DNA of 64,000 nucleotides. Origin: Cenococcum geophilum. Taxonomy: Eukaryota. A program made the translations under genes and the position numbers. The stretch spans positions 806,001 through 870,000 of the forward strand of contig CP158636.1 in the NCBI GenBank assembly GCA_050273025.1, in the 5' to 3' direction. Shown in pieces: positions 13,964 through 27,822 of the stretch (position 1 is the stretch's first letter; each line of letters opens with the position of its first letter). Below the pieces are notes generated by a model. It saw only the letters and a list, made by a program, of their open reading frames with translations, was not told the DNA's origin and did not search any database.

Positions 13964-15034
13964 ACGTGCCTCCCCCCAAGCGAGACAATTTTTAACACGT
14001 TTTCTCAATTTTAGTAGCAATAAAATGGCTTTTTTTAAAATTTAAAACTTTAATATAAAGCAAGTATACTCTTAAAAGGCCTACAAAAAATAAAAATTAA
14101 TTTTTTTAAAGAGATAAAATTTTACTAATAATTTTTAGTTTCTTTAATTTAGCGTAAAAATCGTAGCACGCTAGATATATTTTTAGGGCAGTGGTAAAGG
14201 GACACCCCCTAATCGATACACGGACACCCCCCAATTGATACGCGGACACCCCCCACTGATTAAGTTTAGTTCTTTCCTAAATAAGCTAGAATATCACGTG
14301 AATTTAAGTTGTTTGCTTCTGAACGCGACCTCGACCGCGCCTTCGCCCACGCGTTATTCTGTTTAAATGCTAATGGCTCGCGACGAGTCGATGTATCAAC
14401 ACGAATAGAGCCAGCTAGGCGGCCGGTGGCGCTCAACAGTTAGAGGCTGGGGTGGGGATAGGTAAGGCAAATTGCGAGGTAATGTTTTGGGTATAGGCGC
14501 GCGACGGGCGCGCGACGGGCGCGGGCGCGGGCGCAGGCGCAGGCGCGATCACTGGCATGCTCGCAGAGGCAGTTCGTAGACATTAAGCAGAGGTCGCAGC
14601 ATCCAAATACGTTCACGCGGCGCCTCATAGGGTACTGCGCAATCAAGGTATTACAATTATATTTTAACAATTTGATTTTCGCGATGCAGATGCAAACAAC
14701 TTAAATTCACGTGATATTCTAGCTTAATCAGGAAAGAACTAAACTTAATTAGTGGGGGGTGTCCGCGTATCAATTGGGGGATGTCCGTGTATCAATTAGG
14801 GGGTGTCCCTTTACCACTGCCCTATTTTTATTATTAATAAACCGGGTTTTTCTAACCATTTTTTTATTTATGGTATATTTTTGTCTTCCTTCCTACTTAA
14901 TAAAGTAAATTTCTAAATATATAGTTCGTTTTTAAGATATACTCTATTTTAGAAATAGATTTAATAAAATATTGTTTTAATAAGCGTGGCTTAAAATTAG
15001 GTAATTGAGGTAGCTCGTTTGGGGGGGAGGGGGT
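13964..15034. mobile_element. Non-autonomous DNA transposon relic with short imperfect TIRs; host of the MITE
   Basis: Left end TA|ACGTGCCTCCCCCCAAGCGAG; right end CTCGTTTGGGGGGGAGGGGGT|TA. Interior is AT-rich. Confidence 0.55.
14186..14822. mobile_element. MITE (637 bp) with ~130-bp TIRs and 8-bp TSD TATTTTTA (Mutator- or hAT-type)
   Basis: GGGCAGTGGTAAAGGGACACCCCC...AAGTTGTTTGC is mirrored at ~14692-14822. TATTTTTA occurs at 14178-14185 and 14823-14830. Each TIR contains three GGACACCCCC subrepeats. Confidence 0.92.
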
Positions 15035-15084
15035 TAATACTGTATGTGGAGCCATCGTACGATCGTACGCAGAACCGTACGCAG

Positions 15085-15285
15085 AGGTGATCTGTCTGTG
15101 GCGGCGCGATAGCGTTGTACGGTTGATATCAAATTCCTTTGTAGTCCTAGTGTAATTAGGAGATTTCTGTAACTTTAACGCTTCAAGAGCGGCCTCAATT
15201 GAGTTCATGGTTGTTGAATAATTGATTTTTGAAATTTTCAGAGTGTGCACGGTGCAGGGCCGTGCACGATCTGGGCGGTCACTCT
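15085..15285 (-). mobile_element. 5' fragment of a pogo/Fot1-like transposon (terminus plus HTH N-terminus)
   Basis: ATG at 15208 gives 'MNSIEAALEALKLQKSPNYTRTTKEFDINRTTLSRRHR', a psq/CENP-B-type HTH typical of Fot1/pogo transposases, then truncates. Confidence 0.75.
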
Positions 15286-15386
15286 ATCTTAGAAAAAATT
15301 TCAAAATGTCATCAAATTCTCAAAAATCCTTAGAGATGCTTGCATAGATATAACTTTCTTTTTAACAAACAAAAAGATACCACATC

Positions 15387-18300
15387 CTACAATGATCGTG
15401 TAGATATGCCTGTACGCTTAAAAACAGGTATACCCTCCTCCCCCATCGCCCCCTCTTCAGCCGCCAAGTATTCAATACTAGCCAAATACTCAACACTCTT
15501 TTTAATCGCAGATACAATCTCCTCCTTCCGTAAGCGCGGCTCAAAAGCCATCGGCTCATCATCTCCCAAATTCCCATCGAGCGCCTCAAGCCAGTGCATG
15601 ACAGGGAACATCGGATGATTCTGGCCTGTCTCCTCGACGCCCTTTCGCAGCGCATCGATCCACTTCAGCAGGCGCATCGGGCGTAGACTCATACCTAGAC
15701 TTTCCAGCACTATCTTCCAGAACTCGCCGACCGTCAGGCCATCTAGTAACCGCGTCATGGGCGCGTCCTGGGGCCGAATGAGCAGGCACTTATCAGCAAC
15801 GATAGCAGCGACTTGGTCTACGCCGGCGATGTTCATCCACATGGAGCGCCCATTGGAATTGTAACCGCCGCAGCGGACGGTGCCGGCGACGACACGCCAA
15901 AGGAAGTCGTCGGTATTAGAGACGCCCTCGGCGGCGGTGCCAACGATCCAGCCGGGTTTGACGATGGAGACAGCGCGGTTAGTAAACGGTTGGCGCTGTG
16001 CAAAGCTCTTGACTAACAGCTCCGAGACGAACTTAGTCTGGCTGTATCCGCTGGCCGTGCTGAGTTCCTCGGCATTCTCCTTGTCGTCTTGATCATCCGA
16101 AAGCATGTCACCACCAGAAACGAATGTGAATGCCAGGATGGACGGTGTCTGTGCTGTCAGAAATAGCAGCTGCGTGGTGCTAAGCACATTTGCCGCTCTT
16201 AGACTCTCATAGCTGCTGTCCCAGTGGACGACTGCGCCGTTATGGATGATGGCATCAACCCTTTGCTCGCGGTCACTAGCTGAGCCTTCCAAGCGCGCCC
16301 ACTGATCTTGATTTAGGCCGAGCTTCGTCTTCGACAGGTCGCCCACCCACACCTCTAAGCATGACGCAAGCTTCGGAGACCACCACCGCGCAACCCTGGC
16401 TGAGCTAAGCATACGCTTTCTAGCATGTCTTTCGTCCTGAGCCCGCACCAGCGCGATGACTTTTTGAATGTGTGAGCGAGTTAGAAGATCCCTGACGATC
16501 TGAATGCCCAAGAATCCTGTGGCCCCGGTAACCAGCACGGTTCTGATATCATTTTCCGTTCGATCATGACCTTTTGAGATTGGCTGCTTGCGCAATTGGA
16601 CATTGAGAGCAGTGTAATCAGACCAAAGATCCCGGTGCTCTTCTTCTAGGCCCTCATCCCCTTGCGCCTGCATGTCTTTAACAGCCCGCGCAATATCTCG
16701 AACCGTCACATTGTTGGCTGTATATCTCCCCACAAATATCTTTACACCGAACGTCTTCGTTACGAATGAAGCTAGTGAAATCGTTCGGATTGAATCTAGG
16801 CCCGTATGTGCCAGCACAACGTCTCTCCCTCGCAATTTTTCGGCGAATTGTGTATCACTCCCTGCAACTATCTCCACAAGTTTCTCATTAATTTGGCGAG
16901 CGATTTCCTCGCCCAGCTCAAGGGGGGACCAAAGCTGGTCCGGAGAGACACCATTGTTGAAGTCCATCAGCTCCTGCAACGTGAGGCTGGTACCATAGTG
17001 GCGCAGCTCCAGTCGATCCAACTTGCCGTTCACATTGATTGGGAACGGATTGAATGGGATGAAGGTTTTCGGAACCATGAAATAAGGCAGTGAGTTCAGC
17101 AACTGACTTTGTAGTTGTCTAAGCAGGACTTTCGAAGGACTGCTGTCATCATTTCTTATCCCATTGGCACGTTCGTCGTATCCCGGCGGCAGACTGATGA
17201 AAGCGACTAACATGGGAGTAGCCCCTTCACCAGCAGGTGTAAGTACTTCGGCTGCAGCATCGGATAAGGCAGGCAGGTGGCGCTTGATGTGATATTCCAC
17301 TTCGCTAAGCTCCATTCTCTGACCGTGTATCTTGACCTGCAAATCGATCCTACCGAGCACTTGAATTGTCCCGTCGGAATTGAACCGGCCCAGGTCGCCC
17401 GTCCTGTAGAGCTTATCGCCCTTGTTTGCCCCGGAGAGCCAGACTGGCGCGTCTATGAAAGCTTGGTTCGTCTTCGCGGGATCATCCAGGTATCCCACTG
17501 CCAGCGTCAGGCTCTGGAATACGATCTCTCCAGTCGCGCCGATAGGCACCGGCCGACGGTCTGTATCAAGAATCCAGACTTTCGTCCCGACACCGAATCC
17601 AGTGGCGCTCTTGCTCTGGCTACCATTACTGTAATTGCCAACAACCCAGCCTTGGACCTCGGTGACACCGTAACAGTTCAGCAACACCAGTCTCTTGCTC
17701 CACTCCTCGATGTCATGGGCGCTTAGCGGCTCGCCTCCAAGCATAAGCGTCTTGAGAGTAGTAATTTCCTGCCCTTTTCCTTTGAGTAATCGTGCAAATG
17801 ATGGCGTGAGCCATGCCCAATTGACGCCATGACGGTGAAGGCACTCAGCAACGCCGCCGCCAAGGCGCTCTTCATCTGACGGCACGCATACTACGCCGCC
17901 GTGCATCAGCGTGGCGAGGATTTCTGTGATGATTACATCGAACGTGTAAGCTGAGAATTGAATAACCCGAGAATCGCGGTTGATTCCTAGCACCGGAGCG
18001 TGCGCTATAATACTTGAGGATACCGACGTATGAGTATGTATAATACCCTTAGGCGTTCCTGTGCTGCCGGAAGTGAACACAATGTACGCCATGCTGCCTG
18101 GCTGTGTCCCCGTGCTTGGAAACGAGTCAGCGTCTCCGACAGTAGAAAACAGCTCTGAGTCTACCACAAGAAGCTGATATCGGGTGTTATCAAACAGATG
18201 GTGGTACTTCTTCGTCGTAAGTATTATGCTTGCATGGACTTTTCCTAAAACAACTTTCTGCCGTGCGGGCGGGTGTTTGGGATCCAAGAAGGCAAATGCA

Positions 18301-19966
18301 CCTCCGGATTTGAGAACCCCAAGTAAGGCGACAACAGCCCACACTGACTTCTCGAAGCAAAGCGGGACAACAGTTTCTGGCTTGACTCCTCTCTCGATGA
18401 GGCAGCTTGCTAGACGAGATGATAGCTCATCCAATTTTGAGTAAGAGAGGCAACCATCCCACGACTCAACTGCGGGAGAATGCGGGTATTTTGCCATGCT
18501 AGGCTTGATGAGGTCGTGCAAACAGATCCGCTCAGCAGGAGGAACGTCCTTATTCCAATGCTCCAGTTCCTTCATGTCGGACTGGTTGATATGCCTCAAC
18601 GACTCCACAGGTCTCTCCAGGCTGCTGGAACAAATCTCGTTGAGCAAATGCTCGAAATGCCTCGCTAGCCTTTTGATCTGCTTTTCATCCAAGACAACAT
18701 CATCGTAGCTTGCCACGACCTCTGCACCTGTTGAGTTGAGCGTGATCGAGACCATCAACGCGTAGTCGTTGAAGTAAGCGACGTCGCCCATATTTTCTTC
18801 GAGCTGAATGATCCCGTCTTCATCTGAATATATCTCGGGCGCTGACTGTATCACGATCAGATTCTGGAACTCGCAGGCATTTTGGCAAGCCTTTCCGTAG
18901 CTTTTAATCTTGCTCAGGCCTGTCTGCTCATACGGGATCATATCTGTTGCCTGTCTCTGAATAGCTGCAAGCCAGTCCTGTAAGCTTTGGCCCCGCGGTA
19001 GCTGAATTCTCGTAGGAATGGTTGTAAGCGTTGGTCCGACAATCTTCTCGATGGACTGGACGGGGGCATTGCGACCAGAGAGAGTAACGCCGAAGACAAC
19101 ATCATCATCGTTGGAATAGTGACCGACGAGCAGTCCCCAGGCCGCCCGAAGTACATTCGGCAAAGTAGTGTTTAGCGCAGGACTAGGCGAGAACGTGATC
19201 TTCGTCTGCAATGTCGATTTGGCTAATGGCTTATACGTTGACGAAGGCAATGCAGGGAATGTGGCTGGCGGCCGGTCAGAGAACTGGGTCTGCCAATACG
19301 TCTTCGTAGCAACCTCATCGACCGTCTGTAAGTGCTTGATGAAGCGATCAAACGGTGTGGTTATAGGGGAAGCCGCATCACTATGAAAAGCATTTATAGC
19401 GGCAAATATCATACGCAGTGTGTAACCGTCATACAGGGCATGATGTATGGTCCACACCATCTTTTGCGGTTCGTTTCTAGAGCCCTGTTTAGCCATCGCA
19501 TACCGGCAGAGTGGCTCCCCGTATCCCATGGGTTGTTCTCGATCGTGGTTCAAGTACTCTTCAAGATTGATAATGTTCTGCCAGGAAACCTCCTGATCAA
19601 GGATCACTTGAAATGATCCAGTGGTCTCAATCCTCATGATGCGCGTGCGTAGGATATCGTAAGATTGTGACACTTTCTCCCACAGGGCGCGGAATGCCTC
19701 CTTACCAACTTTAGGCGGAACTGTAAACACCCACTGTGCCGCATAGGCACCAAGCTTTTTCTGCGAAGATGCCATGAGACCCTCTTGTAAAGACGTGCAG
19801 GGATAAATATTCCGTATTCTACTATCATCCACTGCGCATTGGGCAGCAGCTTCTTTACGAAGTTGGGTTTCGAGCTCTAAGCTTTGAATTAGAGAAAATG
19901 GGCCAAGTTTCTCTTCCGCTTGAACGGTAGCATTGGCAACTGAAGCCAGTTCCCGCAACTTATGGT
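15387..19966 (-). CDS. NRPS 3' half: (end of T)-C-A-T-R (thioester reductase); lacks its own 5' end
   Basis: C: 'YPCTSLQEGL', 'HHALYDG'. A: 'FTSGSTGTPKG', 'YRTGDL', 'NGKLDR'. T: 'GLDS'. R: 'VTGATGFLG', 'GYSQTK'. The frame begins in the last helix of a T domain ('HKLRELA'). Confidence 0.93.
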
Positions 19967-20419
19967 CAGAAAGGAGAAAGCACACCGTATCTTTACATCT
20001 CGTTGTAAGTGCAAATTAATCGCGCTGATCAAACGATGTAGATTCATACCCTTTCTATGTGTGCTGCGCTTGTTACTCGAAAAGGTATGATTCACGCTGT
20101 TTGATCAACAAGATTAACAGGCACTTACAACAAGATGCAAAGAGACGGTGTATGTAGTCAAGATCTATACAAGCCAACGTCATAGAAGTCATGACAGGCC
20201 CAAAGATTTATGATCCGTTTGTCCAGTCAATTGTGTCCAGTCGACGTCACAGTAAGGAAGAGGGCGTCTTGGTTCTGCAGGCGCAATCCCTGCATCTTAC
20301 GCACAGCCACCATCCTGCACTAGCTTCAGCTCGACAATCCCGAACACAATAATGACCATAATTTATATAGTACACCTGACACTGCCAGTCTGCCTTGCTC
20401 AATCACATCTTCTATATCT

Positions 20420-22323
20420 ATGGATGATACTAAGTTGAGAGCATTGGAGCGTCAGTACAAACTCAGGGTGAAAACTGGATGCGGTACCTGCAGGTAGTTG
20501 CACCCCTTTTCCTTCTCCTAGAATCCTTCCTGCTCTAACTCCAACATAGAATCCGCCGGGTCAAATGTGACGAAGCAAAGCCTGAGTGCCAACGATGTAC
20601 CAAGACCGGTCGTAAATGTGATGGCTATGCGCCTCTCGCTCAAAAATCGCCCTCGTCCGTTGCGGCATCTTACAGAAACTCGTCATTTTTATCTATCCCG
20701 CCAGCTGCGAGGAGCATCTCCAGAAGCCCTTCAGCAGAGCTCTCTGATGATGCCAATGAAAACCGCTCCTTTTTTTACTTTCGGACACGCACCCTACCCC
20801 AATGGACTGAGTTCTTCGATTCTGAGCTCTGGAGTGAGCAGATTCTACAACTGAGCCATCATGAGCCCGCCATTAAGCATGGATTGCTGGCCCTCAGCAC
20901 GTTACATGAACGCTTTGAGAGAACCTCGCAGGGAACCTCTGCCCAACAAAGCGATTATGCCTTAGTTCAATATATGCAAGCAGTGAGGCACTCCAACAAG
21001 CTCCTCACAGATCACAAGCATGGTAAAGTACCTGTAGAAAAAGTGCTCCTCGCTTGCATTATTTTCGTTTGCTACGAAAATCTCGCCGGCAACTACGCGT
21101 CTGCTGCTATGCATCTCCAAAATGGGTTGCGTATCCTTGCTCAACACCAAAGCGAGCTCTCCAAGAATGCTGCAATTAGTACCCAGCAGGATTCCATTGC
21201 TAATGTCCTGTTCCGTTTTGATTTCCAAGCAATGACCTTCTCCGATATGTCTTCTCCTTACAAGTACGATAAATCCTATCGGCCAGCCTGCCCGAACATC
21301 CCAGCCATCTACACCAGCACCGCAAGCGCTCGCAACGACCTCGTCGAACTTTTACGCTTCGTGATGTGGATCTACGGCATCTTCGACCCCGACATCGAGT
21401 CGGATCCATATTCTAACCCCGTGTTCATCGCCGCATCCGCGCGGCTCCTCACATGTTTCCAGGCCTGGGTCATAGCATTCGAGGCATACGCGGCCTCGCT
21501 CCCCTCCAGCGCGCTCCAAAAACCCAAAACCTATGCCGGCATCACGCTGCTCAGGATCTACGGTGCGATGTACCAAGTCATGGCGCAGGACGCGGCAGGG
21601 AGCGAGATGCGTTGGGACGCGCACCTCTCCTCCTTCCGCACCATCGTCGAGCTCTCCGAATCTCTGTCCTCCCTCTCCCCCGCTACCGCCAGAAGACGCA
21701 CCTCCGCGCCCGCCCCAACCACCACCACCGTCACCCCGGGCCCTCTCGCCCCCACCCCGCCGCCTCTAGACCCGGCGCCGCAGCCCCTCCCCCTCCGCCC
21801 CTCCCCCCCCTCACGCACCCACGCACCCCTCGCGCCACGCCCGCCCTCCCCGCCCCAACCCTCCTTCATCCCCTCCTTCGAGCTCTCCCCCATCGTCCCG
21901 CTCTTCATGGTCGCGACCACCTGCCGCGACCCGCTCGTGCGCCGCCGCGCCATCACCCTACTACGGACCTCGCGGCGGCGCGAGGGCATGTGGGACTCCG
22001 ACGGCGCGGCGGCGGTGGCGGCGGAATACGTGCGGATCGAGGAAGGGCTGGACGGCTATGGCGGTCCTCTCCCTCGCCCGTTGCGCGGCCGACCGTCGTC
22101 TGGTGCGAGCATGGGCTCTCCGGTAGGAGGTGCGGGAGATGGCGGCGCGGCGGACGTGCGATGCGGAGTGGAACTGCCGATTGGGAGGGTTGGGCGGATG
22201 GAGGATGTTCCGGAGGAGATGCGCGTGGTGCGGTTGAATATCCGGGCGTCGGTGGAGCAGCGGCTGGTTAGGGTGGGGTATGTGACGGGTTTGGGCACGA
22301 TTAATAAGGTGGTGTGGTTTTAG
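20420..22323 (+). CDS. Zn(II)2Cys6 fungal transcription factor; exons 20420-20493 and 20550-22323
   Basis: The spliced N-terminus 'KTGCGTCRIRRVKCDEAKPECQRCTKTGRKCDGY' is a canonical C6 cluster. GT..CTAAC..TAG intron. C-terminal 'CRDPLVRRRAI...RREGMWD'. Confidence 0.93.
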
Positions 22324-23567
22324 GGTTTTGGAAGGGGGGGTTGAATGTAGACGGATATTTGGACGGAGTGCTCTTCTCTAGAGCTGCGATGACTCGTCCA
22401 CAGATTGGTCGAAGGGAAACAGTGTTAATATAGACAACTCAAATAACGAACAGTAAGGCCTCAATGCCAAGATAGATTCCTAGCAAGATGGCGGATTGGC
22501 GTGGCTTAGCTACAGGTATAAGCACCTCCTCAGGATTTACGCAAGAAGCGAGATACCGATGCGCCCGTATAGCCACCCAGCAGAACTTATCTGAAGATAG
22601 AGAAAATGACATCAGATCCCAAGCCAAAGAAAGCTTATCCATCCTTAAATATATTCTTCCTACGACTAAAAATGCAATAGAAAGGCGTGCTACAATGCGA
22701 ATTGGAAACAGCTCTCCTATTGGACGAGAACAGCGTATGTCGATCATCATGTCCGAAATATTCATAAAGGAATGACGGCGATTGCAGTATCAAGCTTCCT
22801 GCCGTATCTGCCGAACAGCTTCCAAAGAGGTCTAGATGCAAGACGCTGCCTTGAAGGCTGGTTCTCTATCTGGGAGTTAGCTTAGAATAGTCGTAAGGCT
22901 AGCACAATGAATGGGCTGAGAAGAACAAAGCTGAAGCGTCGGACGTTGCACAGCCGAGACCGCATTATTATCGCCACTTAACGGAATAGGAAAAAAGCCG
23001 AACAAGATGTGTAATAGGCGACGCAGGATTAACCTTCAAGCTTCTGGGAAGCTGGTTGCGGAAGAATGCTGGCAAAAGGGGTAGGGTGGAGAAGCTCTGG
23101 ATGGCTGATAGGCGAGCCGACCAACTATAACGTAGAAGAATAGGCGTTAATTATTCATCGTGATTGAGGCTAAGAAGGCCAAGAAGGATTCTTGCCCTCG
23201 ACGGGCTTCTCTGCACATCGGTGAAGATATGATGTCAAGATGAATCGGGCGAAGCGGTGAAAGAAGGGTCTGTGCGGGCTAGTGGTTGCGGGATGCACGT
23301 GATAATTAACTTACTGCTGCTCCTTATTAAGGAATTGAGTTAATGCGGAGTGAGTTGAGGCTCAAATACCTTATTCTGCTGTGGAGATCGTGAACTTATT
23401 GTCCAGCCAGCGTCAATACCAAATGCCGTCATTTTGCCATTTTGATCCGTGGACCTAATATCTTACCTCTAGCAACCCTTCTCGTTCCATATCCATGTCC
23501 AGACACCGTCGAAGACCTTCCTATCGACAGCTGTCGCAATCAGCCTAACCCCGTTATACTCCGAGTA

Positions 23568-24857
23568 ATGCCTTCATCCGCAACAAACTCCTCCAGCTAC
23601 CAGCCTGCGATACGGCAACGGCCGCGACCACCGAATCCGGTTGTTGCGGAAGCGGAGCAACAGTGGATATTCTCCGAGGATGAACTACTGCAGACACCTT
23701 CCATTGTGGATGGAATGCCCGCCGAGGAGGAGAGGACATTGCGAAGAAAAGGCGTCAACTTCATTCTGCAGGTTGGAATGATGCTAAAGTTACCACAAAT
23801 GACACTTTCGACTGCAGCTGTATTTTTCCACAGGTTCTTGATGCGCCGCTCCCTTGTGGCTAAGGACGGGTACAGGCCGCTGCACCACTATGTGAGTGAT
23901 GGCAGTTCCTTACAATCGAATATATGAGCTGACGCTATCTAGCAAATTGCTGCAACATCCCTATTTCTAGCGACCAAGGTCGAAGAAAACTGCCGGAAGA
24001 TGAAGGAGCTAGTCGTTGCGTGCGTTCGTGTCGCATTAAAAGATCCAAACAAGCTCGTTGACGAGCAAACTAAGGACTTCTGGCGGTGGCGCGACACCAT
24101 ACTTTACAACGAAGACGTCCTCCTCGAGACAATCTGCTTCGATCTAACAGTTGAACCTCCTTACAAGACCATGTACGCAATGCTCCAATACCTGGGAGTG
24201 GAACACAACAAAAAGCTGCGCGACGCTGCATGGTCCTTCCTCAATGATACTGCCATCACACAGCTCTGCCTTCTCTTCACATCGCGCACAATAGCAGCAG
24301 CGTCACTCTACTGTGCAGCAAAGCTGTGCGAAATGGCCTTCCCCGACGAAGACGGCAAACCTTGGTGGGAAGTTCAGCATATACCGCTGAAGGACATTAG
24401 GAAGGCGTGCAATCATATGGCTGCCGTCTACGAGAATGTGCCTAATAAGGATGGGAGTGAAAGCATCTACGTAGGTCTTCGGACACCAGAGGACGAAGAT
24501 CCTCAAGACGCGAAGACGAGACTAAGGACATCACAGACCCCATTGAGTCCTACTACTAGCTCTGTGGGGATGGAGAGAAGTATTAGCGACCAGAGCCTCA
24601 AGAGACGGAGAGACGACGGCGCCGATAGGAATGCTACGAATGGATCCTCAGGGCACCCAAAGGTCAAAGATGAGAAATTTCAGAATGGCGAGGTATCCAG
24701 GGCCGCAAAAGTCGAAGATGATGATAGGGAGGCAAAACGGATTAAAATCGAACAGAATAGTGCTGCTGATCGAGACTCTAAAATGCTATCGCCTCCGGTC
24801 AACGGAACCACGCAGCAAGAAGATGACGTCAGTGAGGAAGGCGAAGTCGAAGAGTAG
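23568..24857 (+). CDS. pch1: Transcriptional cyclin (cyclin T/K, Pch1/Bur2-like); exons 23568-23891 and 23943-24857
   Basis: Cyclin box 'QWIFSEDELLQTPS', 'LKLPQMTLSTAAVFFHRF', 'SLFLATKVEE', 'EDVLLETICFDL'. GTGAGT..CTGAC..TAG intron. Confidence 0.9.
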
Positions 24858-26021
24858 CATATCTTGGCATCTTATTATTGCATTTACATGGATTTCTGGC
24901 GTTTTACATGAATCTCTATCGGCGTTTCGCTGTTCTTGTTGGGTTTCGGGCAACAAAGATACCAATGAGCGGGCCAGGATTGCATTGGTAGGTGCAAACT
25001 GTTTCGTGTCTTCAGAATACCTTAGTACAATCGCAGTTTAAGCAGATGCATTCTGCACCATATAAACTAGAGCGAGTTAATCTAAGTAAGCTTTTAGGAC
25101 ATTTGAGGTGCGCGGAAGATAGCTCCGCTCTACTAAGTCTCTAGCGTTGTAGGCCTTTATGCGGAGCAAGGTTAGGCCCTGAGTAAATATCTCACCCCAG
25201 TATCTCGGCCGGTGGAACGTCTGTCAGGGTATCTATTCAATTGGGCATGCGGTAACTAATACTATGGGACTTCCTAAAGCAGCGCTATAAAAACGAGGGA
25301 ACATCAAGCATGAAACTATAAGAAGTTCTCTGTAGTATTAGGACGGGCTAGAGACCATAAAAGCCTCAGGAATAAAAGCAAAAATGAGGCCGTGGCCTCC
25401 CAGCCAGCAATGCCCTTGACATTGATCCCGGTGGGACTTGGACTGTGCCAAACACTGGTCAATATATGTAAGCCCATGGCACCGGCATCATTCACATAGG
25501 AGACATCTATTACGCCGTTGGAGAGAATAAAACAGTTGTGAATGGGAATCTGACTATAGGCGGACTATTTCAATTCGTGGAATGCTACAAACCCCGAGAC
25601 TTCGTGAATTGGGAGTTTGTTAACAACCTTTTCACCGACACAAACGGGGATGCGGATATCTCTCCAGAAAGTGTAATCGAAAGGCCAAAGACTACTATGC
25701 AAAAACCAAGAAGTGGATCATGTCGATGCATGTCGATAAGCCAGCCACCCATTCAACCCCTTTGAAAAGTCGTAGCTTGATCATTCGCAGGTGAAATGAA
25801 CACGCAACGAGCCCATGATAATCCCCGGACCTATCCCCCGTTATGCTTTATTGGGGCCCTGTCGCTGCTAGTTGTATTCCGTAGGACATGCTGAACAAGC
25901 TGCTGCTATGGAGCTCTGTCTTACTTGAAGCCGTCTAGATTGCCGATTCACCATCAAGTTGGCCTGCGCGGTAAAGTAGCGTTGTAGAAGGCATGGCATA
26001 TTTAGGGCCTAGACTACTCGT

Positions 26022-27822
26022 CTAAGTCTTCCGCAACCCTTTCCACTCCATCCCACACGCGCCGATACCTGACAGCGCAGCCACAGCGACAGCCACGTAC
26101 CACGTCTGCGTCAGCGCATTATTGATATCGACAAGAACAAGTGGTAGCTCAGCCGGCTTTACCACCCTTGTAACATTCGTAGCCCCCGAGACAAGAATAG
26201 AGCTGGTACTGACACCCGGCGCGTTGGCTCCCAGCCCCGCCGTCAGCCTCTGGTCGAACACGTTCTGCGCGACCGAAACCATAATGGCGGGGCCGAGCGT
26301 CTGGAAGAAGGCAATAACGGCGGTTCCGATTGGCATGTCCTCTGGGCTCAGCACGTTTTGCACGGCTATGACAGCCTGCTGCATGCCGAGGCCGACTCCG
26401 ATGCCAGCAAGGGCCTGATAGCCGATCCACTTTGCGGGCCCGGCATGGACGTCGAGGGTCGTAAGCAGGCCGCAGCCGATGGTTGTGAGGATAGTTGCGG
26501 CGACGATGAAAGGGATGTGGAAGCCATATGTTGAAACGATGACGCCAGCTAGGATTGTTGTTATGAAAGCACCGAGGATGAGCGGGAGCAGGTGAATTCC
26601 GGATGAGGCGGCGGTGGTGCCTTGGATGGCTTGGAACCAGATGGGGAACTAACACTGGACGTGAGGCTGTGGGCAGGAAAGTGAAGCCTGGCTGCACGTA
26701 CATAGTAGGTTAAAGTGTAGTAGGCACCGTCCAGGCACATGGCGTAGAACGCAGCAAATGCAACAGTCCGCTTCTTAGCAATGCGTGGCGGCAAAGTAGC
26801 GCCTTCCTGTAGCCAGATCTGGACGGCTATGAAAGAGATGATAAAGACACCAAATAATGTAAGCAATGCTATCACTTGCGGACTACTCCAGGAGTTGTTC
26901 CCCCCGCTCAGCTGCAAGGCAAGTATGAGGCAGACCATTGCCGGAACAAACAAGAATAACCCAATCGGGTCTAGCATTTTAAGTTTCTGGGTAATCGTGA
27001 TGTCCTGTTGGGAGCTTTTAGTTTTGGGAGGTCTGTACAGTAGCCCAATGACAACCACAACAAATCCTCCAATGGGTAGATTTATATAGAAGCACCTGGG
27101 TTTTCTGTTAGTGGATAGCCGTGTTCCTAAGAGCCTGACACGTACCATCTCCACGTCAACCGGCTGTCCGTGATAACTCCGCCAAGGAGCGGCCCAATAA
27201 TCGATGCGATGCCATATACTGATCCAACAGCAGCGGTATACATTGACCTTTCCCGCAATGGCACTGCCTTCGCGATTATTATTAGAACCCCGCTCACCAC
27301 GCCTGACGCTCCACTTCCCGCAACCGCGCGACCAATTATCAGAGCAGGGGAGTTGGGACTGACGGCGCAAATAAGCGATCCTAGCTCAAAAAGCGCGATT
27401 GAAGTGATAAAGATGATCCTTGTGGGGAAATGCTGATACAGCTTCCCGTAATGGAGCTGGAAACAGCACATCGTGAGCATATAAGCTGAACCGTACCAGC
27501 CAACATCGTTGAGAGAGTGGAATTGATCAGTTATACGGGGGATGGCAGTTGAGATGATGGTTTCGTCTAGTGCGATGAGGAAGATAGCAAAAGCCATAGC
27601 GATAGTCATAATGGCCAATTGCTTTCGGTTGAGCTTGACGACTGCTTCTTCCTCCTCCTCCCCATCTGATGGAGTTGCCTCAGAAGGCTTTTCCTCAGAA
27701 AGCTGAGTATCTGCGGAAGACGACTTCGGATCTTCCCGTGGATGTGGCGTTGCCTCCCCGGCTCCAAGTTTGGAGTCTGCAAGGACCTCTGCGATTGGGC
27801 TCCCCGGCTTGCTGGTTGCCAT
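26022..27822 (-). CDS. MFS DHA2-type (14-TMS) efflux transporter; introns 27096-27145 and 26649-26701
   Basis: 'FLIALDETIISTAIPRIT', 'DVGWYGSAY', 'GRAVAGSG', 'GPLLGG', and spliced 'WRWCFYINLP'. Confidence 0.93.

Noticed and set aside
21453..22271. 272-aa Pro/Arg-rich ORF overlapping the TF
   Set aside because: Shadow frame of a GC-rich coding region.
22439..22841. Short ORFs on both strands between the TF and the cyclin
   Set aside because: No recognisable motif or convincing splice structure.
20420..24857. Zn2Cys6 TF and cyclin as members of the NRPS cluster
   Set aside because: The TF is adjacent to the NRPS 3' half only because of the inversion. In the ancestral order the housekeeping cyclin separates it from the cluster, so membership is unsupported.
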